A stretch of DNA of 248,000 nt from Octopus vulgaris (taxonomy: Eukaryota). Under the pieces are notes generated by a model. That model was not told the origin of the DNA and searched no databases. It saw only the letters and a list, made by a program, of their open reading frames with translations. The stretch is from the NCBI GenBank assembly GCA_951406725.2, contig OX597821.1:102196001-102444000 (forward strand). The letters run 5' to 3'. Below are positions 178,001 to 193,130 of this stretch, piece after piece. The translations under genes and the position numbers were made by a program. Position 1 is the first letter of the stretch. Every line of letters starts with the position of its first letter.

Positions 178001-181000
178001 CAACCACACGGTCTCGGGTTCAGTTCCACTGTGTGATACCTTGGGCAAGTGTATTCTACTATAGCCTTAAGCTGACCAAAGAATTGTCAGTGGATTTAGA
178101 CAGAAACTGATAGATGACCATGTGTGTGTGTGTGTGAGTGTGTGTTACTGTCTCCTTGCCTTGATTATATGTGACAACTGTAAATGAATGTCAATGTGAT
178201 GCAAGCAGCATGCTTCATTTCCAATCTATGAAAGTAATGTTTAGGGATATATTACCTAGCTTGAAAACATGTGAGAGTTAGCGATAGGAAAGGTATCTGG
178301 TGGTAGAAAATCCGCCCCATGCAAGTGCAAAAAAAAAAAAGGACGTTAAATCGATGATGGGCGCAGGTAAAGGACATGGACTGCACCCCCTTTCGGTTAT
178401 TTATTTATTTTTTTTCTACAGAAACCCACTTTTTCAACTGTGGAGATTCCGAATCTGAAAAAAAAAAAAAAAAAAGGCATCACGTTTTCTAAATTTTAAT
178501 TTCTCCCACCCTTTTTTTTCCTTTACCAGAGGGAAAACTAACATTTTGAAAACGTGTTTTTGGGGTTTTAAAAATCTTCAGTTTTTAAGTATGCTCCAAC
178601 AGGAAAGTCCGACAAGCTAGAAACAACAGCCAAACTTAAGATCCACTTTCTAAATATGAATTACCAAAAGACCCTCAACCACAACGTTTACTTTCTGTCA
178701 CAGGTGCGCTGACGGAGTGGAGGGGTGTTTATTTATTTATTTTAGAAAACTTTAAATTTTACAAAATTTTCTGTAGCAAAAAAAAAAAAAAATTAAATAA
178801 ATAAAAAACGAAAAGGGGTGCAGTCCTTTACTTCCGTCCGATGACGATTACTCCATAGCTTATTTGTCAAAATACATGCAATTAGCTCATTTGAATTTCC
178901 GCCCCGCCTTTAGTCGAGTAAATCGATCCCAGGACTTATTCTTTGTAAGCCTGGTACTTATTCTATCGGTCTCTTTTGCCGAACCGCTATGTTACGGGGA
179001 CGTAAACACACCAGTATCGGCTGTTAAGCGATGATGGGGGGGGGGCAAACACAGACACACACGCATATATATATATACATATATACGACGGGCTTCTTTC
179101 GGTTTCCGTCTACCAAATCCACTCACAAGATTTTGGTCGGCCCGAGGCTATAGTAGAAAACACTTGCCCAAGGTGCCACGCAGTGGGACTGAACCTGGAA
179201 CCGTGTGGTTCGTAACTTATCACACACCCACTCCAACTCGATAAAATTTTTAAATTTTGCTACTTTATCCCAACATATTAAGAAGGAAGTGTGAAGAGGG
179301 ATCTTGATGAGCTGAAAAGACAAGTGAAGCCAGTCAGTGCAATCAACATCCAAAGATGCCGAAAAGATTCACATGGACGAGTCCGTATATCTGTTTTTGA
179401 CAAGTGTAATTAAGAGGAACCAGTTCACCGTTTACACCGGTAAGACTTAATTCTAGTTACACTTGTCATCTAGTAATCAATGAGTTCGTTTTCATGGCAA
179501 TTGGAACGTTTTCTCTGCAAGGATGGCCACGAAGATAAGAAAACTGCAACCAACTCTTTCTCTTGCACTACTACGGCTTAAAAACGCAATCGAGCTGAAT
179601 TGCTAGAAACAGCAGACAAATTTTCCCTATCATCCACCCTTATTGACTAGCAAGAATACATTCGCGAATGCAATCCTATATTGTGTCTCAAAAAGCTGGT
179701 TGGATGGTCACAACAGGAATTGTTTTGATCAGGGACGACATGGGGTTAAACATCAACAGCAAACAAAAGTGAATTTCAACGGTTAATAAAAAGAAAAAGA
179801 AACCCGATGTTTCCTTTCCTCTGATAATAAGCTTACTATTTTTTTTTTTTAATTAACAAGTGTATGTTAATAAATAAAAATGCCAAATTAAATTTGACTT
179901 ATGTTAAGTAATTCTACAAAGAGGGAAAATGGTAAAATATAAGGTAAATCTGGATGTATGACAAAAAAATAACGTGAAACTAAAATAACATGGACCTACT
180001 ATAACTTTAAAAAAAACAATACACATACACAAGTCAAATAGGTAGCCCTTACGAGGATTCTCGAAGTACTAAAAACCCCAGCAAATATCCCTCTAAACCA
180101 GGGGTTCTCAACCATTTCTTTTTATCTTTGATTAGTATTTTATTCTGGTGGACCCCCATAGACATTTGATGTTTGACTAGTTTCATAGGAACTTCTTTAA
180201 ACATTTTCATTTTGTTTTTCACACATTAACTTGTGTAAATTGAACAATGTAAAATGTTAGAGAAAAAAACCTAGCTATTTCTTGCAATACATATCAATAC
180301 ACACATCTAATGCAAAGTTTTTTTCAGGGGCCCTTAAAATACTATTGTGGAGCCCCAGTTTACAATTTTGGACTCCCAACAATTTTGTATGGATCCCGGT
180401 TGAGAACCACTGCTCTAAGCACACTCTTAGTTAAGAAAACGTGTAGCCCCAACATACACAAACATACAAATGGGATGGTCAAGGCTGGGACGGCTTTGAT
180501 TAAAATTAGGCCTGCTCGATCAGGGGTGATGGTGGTGGGAGCTAAATAACAATAACAATTTTGTCTTACCTGAATTCATTTTCCCAAAACGGAAATATAT
180601 ATAACTTTCGGTAGTGGTTGGTGGGGGCGGGGAACTTACGTTTTTAGCTTTATCTTCTTTCGTTAGAAAATTAAATTTAAGAAGAAAATATCTTCAAATC
180701 CTGCCTTTTAAGTGAGGCTTTAAAAATGCTGTGAACATATACTTTCCCCATAATCACTTCATTTGCAGAAGCAAACAAATAAAACATTATCTCGAACTTA
180801 ATACCCGCAGACAATATATATAAATATGAATATAAAATATATAAACAATTAAACAACGTGAAGGGAAAATATGTAAACAAACAAAACAGCAAGAAAAAAA
180901 AAAAAGAAACCAACAAAAAACAAAACAAACAAACAAACAATAAATAAATAAATAAATAAAAAAAATTAAACAAAACCTCAACTTGCGATGTGACTGGAGC

Positions 181001-184000
181001 AGAAAGCGAACATATTCTAGGAAGAGAGAAACGAGTGAAAGGTTGGGGGTGTGGAGGAGGAGGAGGAGGAGGACATGTGTGTGTGTGTGTGTGTGTCTTT
181101 TCTCTTGACAGCTTGATTAATTATAAATGACCAGAGAGAGAGAAAGAGAGCGTGTGTGTGTGTGTGTGTGGCTAAAAGAAGCCGTCGGCTAACGATACAA
181201 CAGTCACTTTAATGATGGAAAAAGCGTTGTGTGTATGTATATATACACACACACACACATACATACATACACACTTCTGTGTGTAAGCAGACGGGACGAT
181301 TCTGCTGGTGTGAGCGAGATATTTGTGTGTGTGTACATGCGAAGGAGGTAAGCTAATATACACAGCATGGTGTGTTTACATGTTTCGTGGTATGTGCGTG
181401 CCCATCACTACTTTCATTGGACTTGTTAAAAGTTTTACTTTTTCTCTGTGTATATATATATATATATATATGCGTATATTTGATCGTGTATACTGCGAGA
181501 GGTATTTATGTATGTATGTATGGTCATGTGCATATATATACATTCTAGTTGTATATTTGCGATGTCTCTTCTTTTTTTCTACCCACCTTGCTTTCTCATT
181601 CATCCATTATACGACCATATGTGTGAACCCGTTAATAATGGCGTGTGTACATGTGATACATATCTTTAAGGTGTGCCACTTAACCTCTCACCCCGACTCT
181701 GTCTTTCTGGTATGTGCGTTTATGTTACCGAGCGATGTGTATATATATATATATATATGTGTGCGCGTGTGTGTGTACATATACATCTATGGTATGCATG
181801 CCCTTGAGGAAGCCCATCCTCCCAACCCTCGTCTTTGCCCCCCTCTAAACCATCTTCCATCTCTCGGCGATATATGCGCACGTGTGTATTTTAAAGCTTG
181901 TGCGACCACTTCGCACGGTAATTCATGTCGGTATGTGATCATGACTGTTTTCTCCATCAACCAGTCTGACAAGTTAAACACACTCTCACGCACGTACGTA
182001 CATGCGTATACATACACATACACACAGCTATCCGGCAGTGAAATAGAGAAAGTTTAAGAGGAATATGCAAATATGTTAAATTAGTAAATAATAAAATTAA
182101 ACTGACTAAAAACTACACCACCCTTTCCCTCTAACACATGCACGCACACACACACATACATGAGTAAGTGAACAAGCGAAAGAAAGTAGCACTCAAAACA
182201 TTTGAAAGAGTCACATATACTTTAAATCTGTTTGCCGGCATCTGTTGAGATGGATCTCACCTACGCGTCCACGAAACTTAAGTCATGTGGAGCCGAGCAA
182301 AACCCGTGTCTGCCACGCGGGCGTGTTTTCTGTATATCTGTACATAAAGACGACCAAATAGTCTTCAGGGCACGAAATGTTTGGGAGCAAGGGGGGGGGG
182401 GGGGTGCAGTCGATTAGATCGACTCTAGTACACAACTGGTACTTAATTTATCGACCCCGAAACGATGATAGGCAAAGTCGACCTCGGCGGAATTCGAACT
182501 CAGAACGAAAGTGGATCCCGTAAAGTCAGACGAAATACCTATTTCGACAAGGGCTAAACACAGAGAGGACAAACAAGGACAGACAAACGGATTAGGTCGA
182601 TTAAATCGACCCCAGTGCGTAACTGGTACTTATTTAATCGACGAAAGGATAAGTCAATCGAATTTGAACTCAGAACATAGCGGCAAACGAAATACCTATT
182701 TCTTTATTACCCACAAGGGGCTAAACGTACAGGGGACAAACAAGGACAGACATAGGTATTAAGTCGATTACGTCGACCCCAGTGCTTAACTGGTACTTAA
182801 TTTATCGACCCCGAAAGGATGAAAGGCAAAGTCGACCTCGGCGGAATTTGAACTCACAACGTAACGCAGACGAAATACCGCTAAGCATTTCGCCTGGCGT
182901 GCTAACGTTTCTGCCAGCTCGCTGCCTTAAGACGATCAAATATCAACTGAAGAGAGAAATGTGGTGTATAGGATTTATTTTTGGGCAAAAAATGGTTAAC
183001 AGTCAATAGGTCAGTCTTTGGAGGAACTTTGAAGTCATTTCTATGTAGAAAAGTAATGCCATGACTCGTTACGGGACCTCTGAGATTGGTGGTAAGCTTC
183101 ATCAAACTAGAGACCTGGCCTGGATATTAGTTGAGTGAACTCTACTAAAGGCATCCTGGGTACTCGGTGGTTTTTAACTGTTTGATGGATTAAGTCTTCC
183201 ATGCAAATGAACAATACTTTGATTTGAACTCAGAATGCAAGGATCCAGAACAAATACTGTAATGCATCTGGTCTGACAGTCTTAGTTCTGCCAATACACC
183301 ATCCTAGATTTGCACATTTTTTTGTGATGAGTATGGACAAGGGTAGCTAGGTAAAGAAGTGCCGATCTCTAACTGTGGAGGAAACCTGTGGAAGAGGTCA
183401 ACCCAGGAAGACAGTGAAGTATGATCTTTGAATGTTGAATCTCATGGAGTGATGACAAATGACTGAGACATTTGTTAATTTGCTGTGCTTGAGAAGGCAT
183501 ATCAAGAAAAATCATAGTTGTGGACGGTGTTGGTGACACGTAAAAGGCACCCAGCCATAGAAACCAAGCCAAAACAGACTGCAGCTTGGTGCAGTTCTTT
183601 GGCTTACTAGTTCCAGTCAAACCCTCTAAACCATGCCAGCATGGAAAATGGATGCTAAATGATGATGTGATTACACACAAACACATGACAAACTTACTCT
183701 CTTTTACTTGTTTCAGTCATTTGACTGTGGCCATCCTGGAGCACCGCCTTTAGTTGAGCAAATCGACCCCAGGACTTATTCTTTGTAAGCTTAGTACTTA
183801 GTTTATCGGTCTCTTTTGCCGAACTGCTAAATTACGGAGACGTAAACACACCCACATCAGTTGTCAAGTGATGTTGGGGTAGGGGGGGGGGGGCAGACAC
183901 ACAAACACACACACATATATATGTATATATATATACATATATATGATGGGCTTCTTTCAGTTTCCGTCTGCCAAATCCACTCATAAGGCTTTGGTCGGCC

Positions 184001-185594
184001 TGAGGCTAGTAGAAGACACTTGGCCAAGGTGCCACGCAGTGGGACTGAACCCGGAACCATGTGGTTTGCAAGCAAGCTACTTACCACACAGCCACTCTTA
184101 CGCCTAGGACTCGTTTTAGTTTCTATTTACTAAATCCATTCATAAGGCTTTAGTTAGCAGGACTATAGTAAAAGACTGGGGTGCCTTGCAGAGGCACTAA
184201 ATCCCAAACCATGAGGTTGTGAAGCAAACCTCTTAATCACACAGCCATACCTGCACCTATTCTCACAATATATGGATTAAGTAAAACTTAAAGAAAACTA
184301 GAGGAGTGGGGTGTGTGTGTGTGTGAAGGGAGAGGTGATTAACAAACATTACTACCACAAATATAGCTAAAACGAAAATGAAAAAAATGTCTTCAGTAAT
184401 GTGACAGTGGCAATAATAAAATTGGGTGGGTAGGGATCTCGCAGCCTGCCCTGTCCCTCCCTGTGTACAGCACATAAGTACAGGAATTCACATACGATGA
184501 CCCATGAATGTCACCACACTCACAGAGGTACAGAATGTAGTATAGTCAACAAAAGGAAGACCGTCAAATAACAGCAGAGCACTCAATGACAGAATGTTTT
184601 TGTTTTAAAATTAAGAATATGTCAGTTGTTTATAAAAAATATATTTTGGAATTGCAATGAAGACTATGTCTTATGTTATAAAACTCTGACATTTAAATCA
184701 CAACAAGCTACAAGAAGGACCAACAGACAAGCTTCTGCAAGGCTACACAGCCCAACAGAGATGCTGGGGCAACACCTTGAAGGGTTTTAGTTGAACAAAT
184801 TGCCTCTAGTATTTGTTTTATTTAAATTTTGGTACCTATTCTAGCAGTCTCTCTTGCTGATCTACTAAGACACAGGGAAGTAAACAAACCAATATTGATT
184901 GACAAGAGAGGGGAGAAGTTGGCAAACAGACAGAAAGACAGACACACACACAAACTGCAGGCTTCTGTCTGCAAAATTCACTCACAAGGCATTGGTTGGC
185001 TGAAGGCTATAGGAGAACACACATATCCAAGGTGCTGCACAGTGGGAGTAAACTCAAAGCCATGTGGTTGCAGAGTGAGGCTATTATTTCTAGCAGAACG
185101 AACAACCACATAATAGTGCCCTTGGCTTGTATGTGTCAGACTTGTCACTATGGCTGTCACATAGCAGAGTCCAAGCAACAATAAACACATGTTGTCATTT
185201 ATTGGTTCCCTGGCAGCTGCTGAACAGCATAAATTCATTGATTTATGCTAAATAAATAAATATTAGCTTTTGTAATAACCTCATTCTCATCCAGTGAAGA
185301 AGCACCACTTATTATGCTAGTAAAAAAAAAAAAAAAAAATCCCTTTGATTATCCACAAAGCCCAAATTATTCTATAGCGTAAAGGTAAGGCTAACTGGAT
185401 CATTTATCCCGAATAGGTGCTGGTGTGGCTTTATGGTAAGAAGCTTGCTTCCCAACCACATGGTTTCAGGTTCAGTCTCACTGTGTGGCACCTTGGGTAA
185501 GTGTCTTCTACTATGACCTTGGGCTACCCAAAGCCTTGTGAGTGGATTTGGTAGAAGGTAACTTAAAGAAGCCTGTTGTGAGTGTGTGTGTGTG

Positions 185595-185653
<59 letters not shown>

Positions 185654-186299
185654 TGTTGCTATAATGCAAAAGTGTTGTAAGTCCCAAATGTTACTTTTTC
185701 AGAAAACAAAAAAAGTTTCACTATTCTATAGCAAAACCATTGTATAAAACTTTGATAGTGTTCAATATCTTGGCATCTGAAGCAGTTGAGCAAACGAACC
185801 CGCTATTGCAAGCAAAATTAAATATTGAAAAAAAAAAAAAAGCGCATTTCACCTATTTGGACACAACAGTTTAACATAATAGCAACTATATATATACATA
185901 GTTAAAATTTACAGAAAAACGAAGACAGGTGTATAAACAACAAGCAGGTGTATTAGTTTGACAATCGAGAAGGTGAAAAAGTCTTTTATGTTTCGAGCTT
186001 ATGCTCTTCAACAGAAAGGAACACGAGGAAATAAACAGAGAGAGAATTAAAAAAAACTTGTAGAGTTAGTCAATCATGGTGACTGGTTGGACAAAGGTGG
186101 TTAGACAGGAGAGCTAGGAAGAAGGGGAGATAATAAAGTACTGGTGATCCCCAAACGACAGTGCATGTGGATAGGAGCTGGTGACTTTGATGTGTGGATG
186201 TGTAAGTATGTGCATCTGTAATGTGTGGGTGTATGGATGATGGTGTGGGTGCTGGGAAGTGGTCAGTGCTAGTTTGTGCAGAGTGGTGTGTGGGGGTGA

Positions 186300-187060
186300 A
186301 TGGAGAGGGTATCAACGAAGGGAGAAGGTGAGTAGGGGTGAAGAGAGGAAAGGGAGTCAGATGAAAAGGGGAGGGGAGTTGAGCCCATGTGGTGCAAAGG
186401 AGCAAAGAGAGATGATTAATTCCTGTTCATGGCAAAGGCAGGAGTCTAGATGGCCCCAATACAAAGACAATACGAACACAGACAGATGTAATGAATGACC
186501 GGTAGAGCGGAAATGGCATGAGACCAGGGTGTCAATGGCGAGTCCAATGTCTTGGATGTGTTCTGTAAACTGGTCAGCCAAGTGTTGTTCCATTTGATTG
186601 GTATACAGTGAAGGACAGAAAGAGGAGATGCAGTAAATGACGTTGCTAGAAGTGCAGGTAAAGGAGTCTGATATGATAGGGGCAATGATGGGTGCCTGTG
186701 AGGATGGTGGTGTTGGAGAGGTAGGGGCAAGTGCAGCAGTGTGGGTGGGAGGAGGGGGTGAGGCAGGTTGGGAGGTGGGAATAGGGAGGAAACTGGACCA
186801 GGAGGCCACGTAGGTTGTGGGCTTGTTTGAAGGAGGGAAGGGGTAGGTCGGAGAAGATGTGCAAAGTGGAGGGGTTGGACTAGAGTCACCAGAAGGCTTG
186901 GAGATGGTGCGTTGGAGGGGAAGGGCAGAGGGGTGGTAGGTGAGGGGAAATGGGAGACAGGCAACAGCGGCGCAGATGTGAGCAGAGAGAGCAGAGGCAT
187001 GGTCCGTGGAATTCTGCCAAGCATCTTGCCAGGCATGATAACAATTCTGCCAGCTCTCCA
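186300..187060 (-). mobile_element. Penelope-like GIY-YIG 3' remnant
   Basis: FTCTSSNVIYCISSFCPSLYT...LADQFTEH...EQELI...APHGLN; related pieces at ~26.7-27.0, 67.0-67.2, 126.9-127.1, 176.4-176.9, 218.7-218.9 and 232.4-232.6 kb. Confidence 0.75.
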
Positions 187061-190000
187061 TCTTCAACTTAATCTTTTGATAAATTCGAGTGATGTTTCT
187101 CTGTCCATTATGTTTTTTTGTTCATTAACTCCTCCTAGAATGTTGGCGTAAAGACAACGAAACTCAGATCAGCAGTTTCCCTAATCCCAGAGAGTGTCCA
187201 AAGGGGGTCTATTATTTTAAGGGCCCTACTGACCCCACTATTTTTACTTCATTTTAAACTAAATATATGGTACTGGCGACTGAATCAGAGCAATGACAAT
187301 GAATTTCATACCATGAAATCCCAGGGAGGGCCATTTAACTAGGGCCCCACTGACCCCCACTTTTTTAATGCATTTCCCTTGCTACTACACTTATTGATTA
187401 AACTATGATCAGTATCAGTGCTTAGCACAATTGCAGAAATAAGTTTGGGCATTCTAAATACCTTCACACACATTCAAATTGAGATAAAGAGTTATAACAG
187501 GTATATTTCATGTGTAGCAGTGTGGATATGTATATTTTGTGGTTTATGATACTTATGTCTAGGTGGAAGACTAAATTTCCTGTTCCGGTTACAGTATCTC
187601 CCTAAAAAGTTGTAATAGAAGATAGAAGGAGATTGAGATGAAATGGATCCTATTCATTTTATCTCAATCTCATTTTAATATTTTTTTTGGAAATGATGAA
187701 GCGATGGAAAAATTATGATAGCAACATTTCACTTGCTTAGAACGAATGGAGGTTCAAGTTTAAAACTATGAAGCGAATTAATTACTATAGTGGATTTAGA
187801 AGCACATGTAACTCCGTGAAAGTGTTGCAAACTTTCAATGTGAGAATAAAAAAAAAAAAAACATAAACAAAAAAAAAACAAACATAGAAAATGGATACCA
187901 GAGGCCTTAAAGATGCCCTCCGCAGGATCTAGCCTGAATGCTGCTCGAAGGACGGCTTCAAATTTTGGGGGAGGGGACTAGTTGATTACATCAATCTCAG
188001 CGGAATCTGAACTCAGAACGTAGTGGTAGATGAAATACTGCTAAGCATTTTGCCAGGCGTGCTAATGATTCTGTCAGTTTGCTGCCTTTAATAATAGTAA
188101 TAATAATAATAATAATTGTTACAAATTTTGGCACAAAGTCAGCATTTTTAGCGGGAGGGGTTAGTTGATTAATTTTAATAAATAGGTGCAAACGTGGGTT
188201 TTTCGGTAAGGTTTGCTTCTCAGCTGCATGGTTCCCAGTTCAGTCCCACTGCGTGGCACCTTTGGAAAGTATCTTCTACTATAGCCACAGACCAACCAAA
188301 CCCTTGTGAGTGGATTTGGTAGACGGAAACTATAAGAAACTTGTCATATATACACATATGTGTGTGTGCGTCCCGTCCCCCACCTGACAAGTGGTGACGG
188401 CTTGTTAATGTCCCCTATTTCAGAGGTCTGGAAAAAGAAACAGGATATTAGGCTTAAAAATATATAATGGGTCAATCTGTTCGACTAAAACCCTTCAAGG
188501 CGGAGGCCTCAGTCATAACTGAAACAAGTAAAAGGGTGAAAAGGCGAAGTCACTCCCAGTCGAGTTTTGAACTGAGAAACCTAAGTGTCCCCTCACTCAC
188601 TTCCCACAACAACTACAAACGTTTTCTTACATAATTCCACACGATGCTGCTCAATTAATCGAGGAAATCTCATAACGTTTACTCTCCACTTAAGTTACAA
188701 GTTTCAATAAAAGAAAAAGAGAACAGAATAAAGGGAAGACACAGATTTGTGATTAATTACGAGTTGCTTCCCTTGTCCTCCATTTACTTTACAACATGGA
188801 AAAAAATGTGAAGTCGACGAGAGCGCGTCGACGTTGTTGAACTTGCTAGAAATAGCAACTAAAACTACCTTAAATCATTTTTTTTAACGTCTTAAAAATA
188901 TTATGTAGGATAATGTAATTCTGGTTTTCTAATGTACTTGAAGGTCTTATGTAGTCGTTCGACCAAGCTGAAATGAAAGTCAAATCACATCCTGCGCCTG
189001 TTTTTTTTTTTTTTATTTTAAAGAAAAACGGTGAAGGCAAAGAATACACATACCTGGTGTTTAGGGTTATGCCCAAAAACCGGTGGTGTGCGTATTCTTT
189101 ATTCCTCCGTGAAAAAAAAAAAAAAAAAAAAAAAAAACCCGAAGTAAGATTACATTAGTAGTCCTAGATATTCTGCCCGAGTAAAAGACGAAATAATCAT
189201 TACGACTAATATTACTGATGCGTTGCTTACAATGAGAATGATAGAGTCAAAATGCTATCAAACAAGAAGGGGCTTGACATAAGAATAAGAAAAGAAGAGA
189301 GAAAAAAATGTTATCTACAATAATAATTTAATATTTTGGTACAAGGGCACCCAATTCCGGAGGAGGGTTTAAGTTGATTACATCGACCCCCCCAGTGTTC
189401 AACTGGTACTTAATTTATCGATCATGAAAGGATGAAAGGCAAAGTCAATCTCAGCGGAATTTTGAACTCAGAACGTTAAGACAGATGAAATGTCGCTAAG
189501 CATTTTCCCCAGCATATTAAGCCCACTACCTTAATAATAATAATAATGATAATAATTTCCAATTCTGGCTCAAGATTAGCAATTTCAAGGGAGGGGGTAA
189601 GTCGATTACACCGACCCCAGTGTTCAACTGGTACTTATTTTATCGGCTCCAAAAGGATGAAAGGCAAAGCTGACCTCAGCAGAAATTTGCCTTTCATTTC
189701 TTCAGGGTCAACGAAATAAGTACCAGTGAAACAGTAATTGAGCTGTACTTTTTGGTTATCTCACCCCCATTAAAAATTTTGGGGTGAGATAACCAAAAAG
189801 TACCGAGCTGTAGTTGTCAGGTACATGGTTTGATCTGAGATCGTGCATTGAAACTGAAGTAACTGTACAAAGGAAGAGATATTTTAGTCATTTAACCCTT
189901 TTATTATCTGTATATCTTTTTATGTAATATATAATTGATTATAGGGTGGCAAGCTGGCAGAATTGTTAGCATGCTGGGCGAAATGCTTAACGGTATTTCG

Positions 190001-193000
190001 TCTGCCGCTATGTTCTGAGTGAAAATTCCGCCGAGGTCGACTTTGCCTTTCATCCTTTCGGGGTTGATTAAATAAGTACCAGTTACGTACTGGATCGATG
190101 TAATCGTCTTAATCCCTTTGTCTGTCCTTCTTTGTCCCCTCTATGTTTAGCCCATTGTGGGCAATAAAGAACTAAGAAACGTTAGCATGCCAGGCGAAAT
190201 ACTTAGTGGTATTTCAGCTGTCTTTACGTCATGAGTTCAAATTCCAAAGTCGACTTTGCCTTTCATCCTTTTGGGGTCGATAAATTAAGTCCCAGTTGTG
190301 TACAGGGATCGATCAAATCAACTGGCTCCTTTCCCCCAAATTTCGGGCCTTGTGCCTAGAGTAGAAAACCATATATCTGTTACTGACTTTGTTTCAATTA
190401 ATTCCAAAAATAATGAAGGATTTAGTAAATGACAATGACAAATTATCCTTTCACAAAAGGATAATCTGTCATTTATTAGGCTGGTATTTGGGGCATAAGT
190501 TAAATTTTTAAACAGAATGTTTGTATCATAGAAACAGAAAGCTTAGGTTTTTACAGACAGGTAAGTTTACTTTTGGTTTATTTTTAAAAAATTTATTAAT
190601 ACTTGGGTGACTAATCATTGACACAATTCCACTACAATAAGAAATAGAGCATTTGCTCTATTAATGAAAAGAAAAAAAAAAAGCATGTACAAAAACGTAA
190701 TAGGTCTCCTATGAGGCATAATGCATAATCTAGAATAAAAGAAAGTTATGTATTGCTCAACCGAGCAATACACAACTTTCACAGTATATATTCTATGTAA
190801 TTACCTCCCAATATGATAAAAGCTTAAGGTGGTGAGCTGGCAGAATCGTTAGCATGCCGAGCGAAATGCTTAGCGGTATTTTGTCTGCCATTACATTTTG
190901 AGTTCAAATTCTGCAGAGGTTGACTTTGCCTTTCATCCTTTTGGGGGGTCGATTAAATAAGTACCAGTTACACACTGGGGTTGTTTGTCCCCTTTATGTT
191001 TAGCCCCCTGTGGGCAATAAAGAAATAAATATGATAAAAGCTTTCACAATAAACAGGAGCAACACTAAAATGATGCAAGAAACAAACAGACTTCAGAAAG
191101 AAGCAGACCAGGTTTGTACTATGACATTATTGAAGACAAAATGATAATGAAGATTTATGATGATGAGGATAATTTGGAGCACAAAGTATGATAAAAAATA
191201 TGAACAAAATCATAAAAGCCATACCAGGTTAACTCATAAAATTGTAACCCAATAATGTAACAACCTATACAACAAAAACGTTACACTGGTGGTTCCTAAA
191301 CCTATTTTGTTACTCTTACTCTCTTTTAACTCTTTTATTTGTTTCAGTCATTTGACTGCGGCCATGCTGGAGCACCGCCTTAAGTCGAGTAAATCGACCC
191401 CAGGACTTATTCTTTGGAAGCCTAGTACTTATTCTCTCGGTCTCTTTTGCCGAACGGCTAAGTTAATGGGAAGTAAATACACTACCATCAGTTGTAGAGT
191501 GATGTTGAGGGTCAAACAGACACACAAACATATACACACACATACATATATACGACAGGCTTCTTTCAGTTTCTGTCTACTAAATCCACTCACAAGGCCT
191601 TGATTGACCCGAGGCTATAGTAGAAGACACTAGCCCAAGGTGCCAAGCAGTGAGAATGAACCCAGAACCATGTGGTTGGTAAGCAAGCTACTTACCACAT
191701 GGAACTTTTATACAATTTTCCCAAAAATTGTGGAACTCATACTGCATTTTACAGACACTCCCCACCACTCTCATTTTGAAATGACATTAAATGAAACCAT
191801 ACTGTTTTACAGTTGACACATTTATTTATATATGTTTATATATATATATGAAAGGATCTTTGGATGCGGGGCCTGACTGAGGAAATAACAAGGGATTGGC
191901 AGATGATTTGAGAAGACATGTCAAACTAAGTAAAACTGTTGTTTTCCACTCATACAAGCTTGTCTTTTCAGGGGACAGTGCCACATAAAAAGCACCTATG
192001 TTGGTGCAGCAAAAGCACGCCCATGCTGGTGCCACGTAAAAGGCATCCAAGCACACTGTCAACTGGTTGGTGTTAGGAAGGGCATCCAGCCATAGAAACC
192101 ATGCCACAACAGACAATTGGAGTTTGGACAGCTCCCAGCTGGCCAGCTTCAGGTCAAACCGGCCATTCCAGCATGGGAAATGGACGATTATGATGATGTT
192201 GATGGAATCTCCTGTTCATGACAAATAATGAGTGTTCAGTTTTTGCTGAATGACCTAAATGTAGGTACTGTACAGCAGCTCAATACCTACATCAAATTGA
192301 CATTACCTTTACAGGTGCACAAGTGTTCCACATGTGATATGTCGGAATGATCGCAGAGCAAAGTGAGACGGAGTGCTTTGTTCAAGAATGCAACATGCTG
192401 CCCAATCTGGGAATCAAAATCCATGATTTAGGGATTGTGGGTGCAACACCCTAACCACTAGGTATCACACTTCATGCATACATATGTATTCTCTTTTCCT
192501 TGTTTCAGTCACTTGACTGTGGCCATGCTGAAGCACCGCCTTTTTAGTCAAAGAAATCGACCCCAGGACTTATTATTTGTAAGTGTGGTACTTATTCTAT
192601 CGGCCTCTTTTGCTGAACCGCTAAGTTACGGGGATGTAAACACATCAACATTGGTTGTCAAGTGACAACACACACACAAATATATATATATATGATAGGC
192701 TTCTTTCAGTTTCCATCTACCAAATCCACTCATAAGGTGCTACACAGTGGGACTGAACCCAGAATCATATGGTTGGGAAGCACCCTTCTTACCACACAGC
192801 CATTCCTGTGCCTACATGTGTGTGTGTGTGTATAAGGTTGATTTTTTATATCTTTTTTAGGATTGCTTGAAGCTCACTAACTTCCTGCACCTTGATCCTT
192901 GGATCTCACCTTCACACACACAAACATACACAGTTTAAATGTACAGAAAACAAAAGAGGGAACAACAAGCAGGTGTATTAGTTTTATGCTCAGGAAGAAT

Positions 193001-193073
193001 GGAAAAGTTTTTGATGTTTTGAAAGGGATGAGAGGAAACAAATGAAGAGAGAGAAAAAATGTGTTGGGATATG

Positions 193074-193130
<57 letters not shown>

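Noticed and set aside
186357-187067. 236-aa Pro-rich ORF as a host gene
   Set aside because: It is a Penelope-like GIY-YIG remnant with many degenerate relatives in the window.
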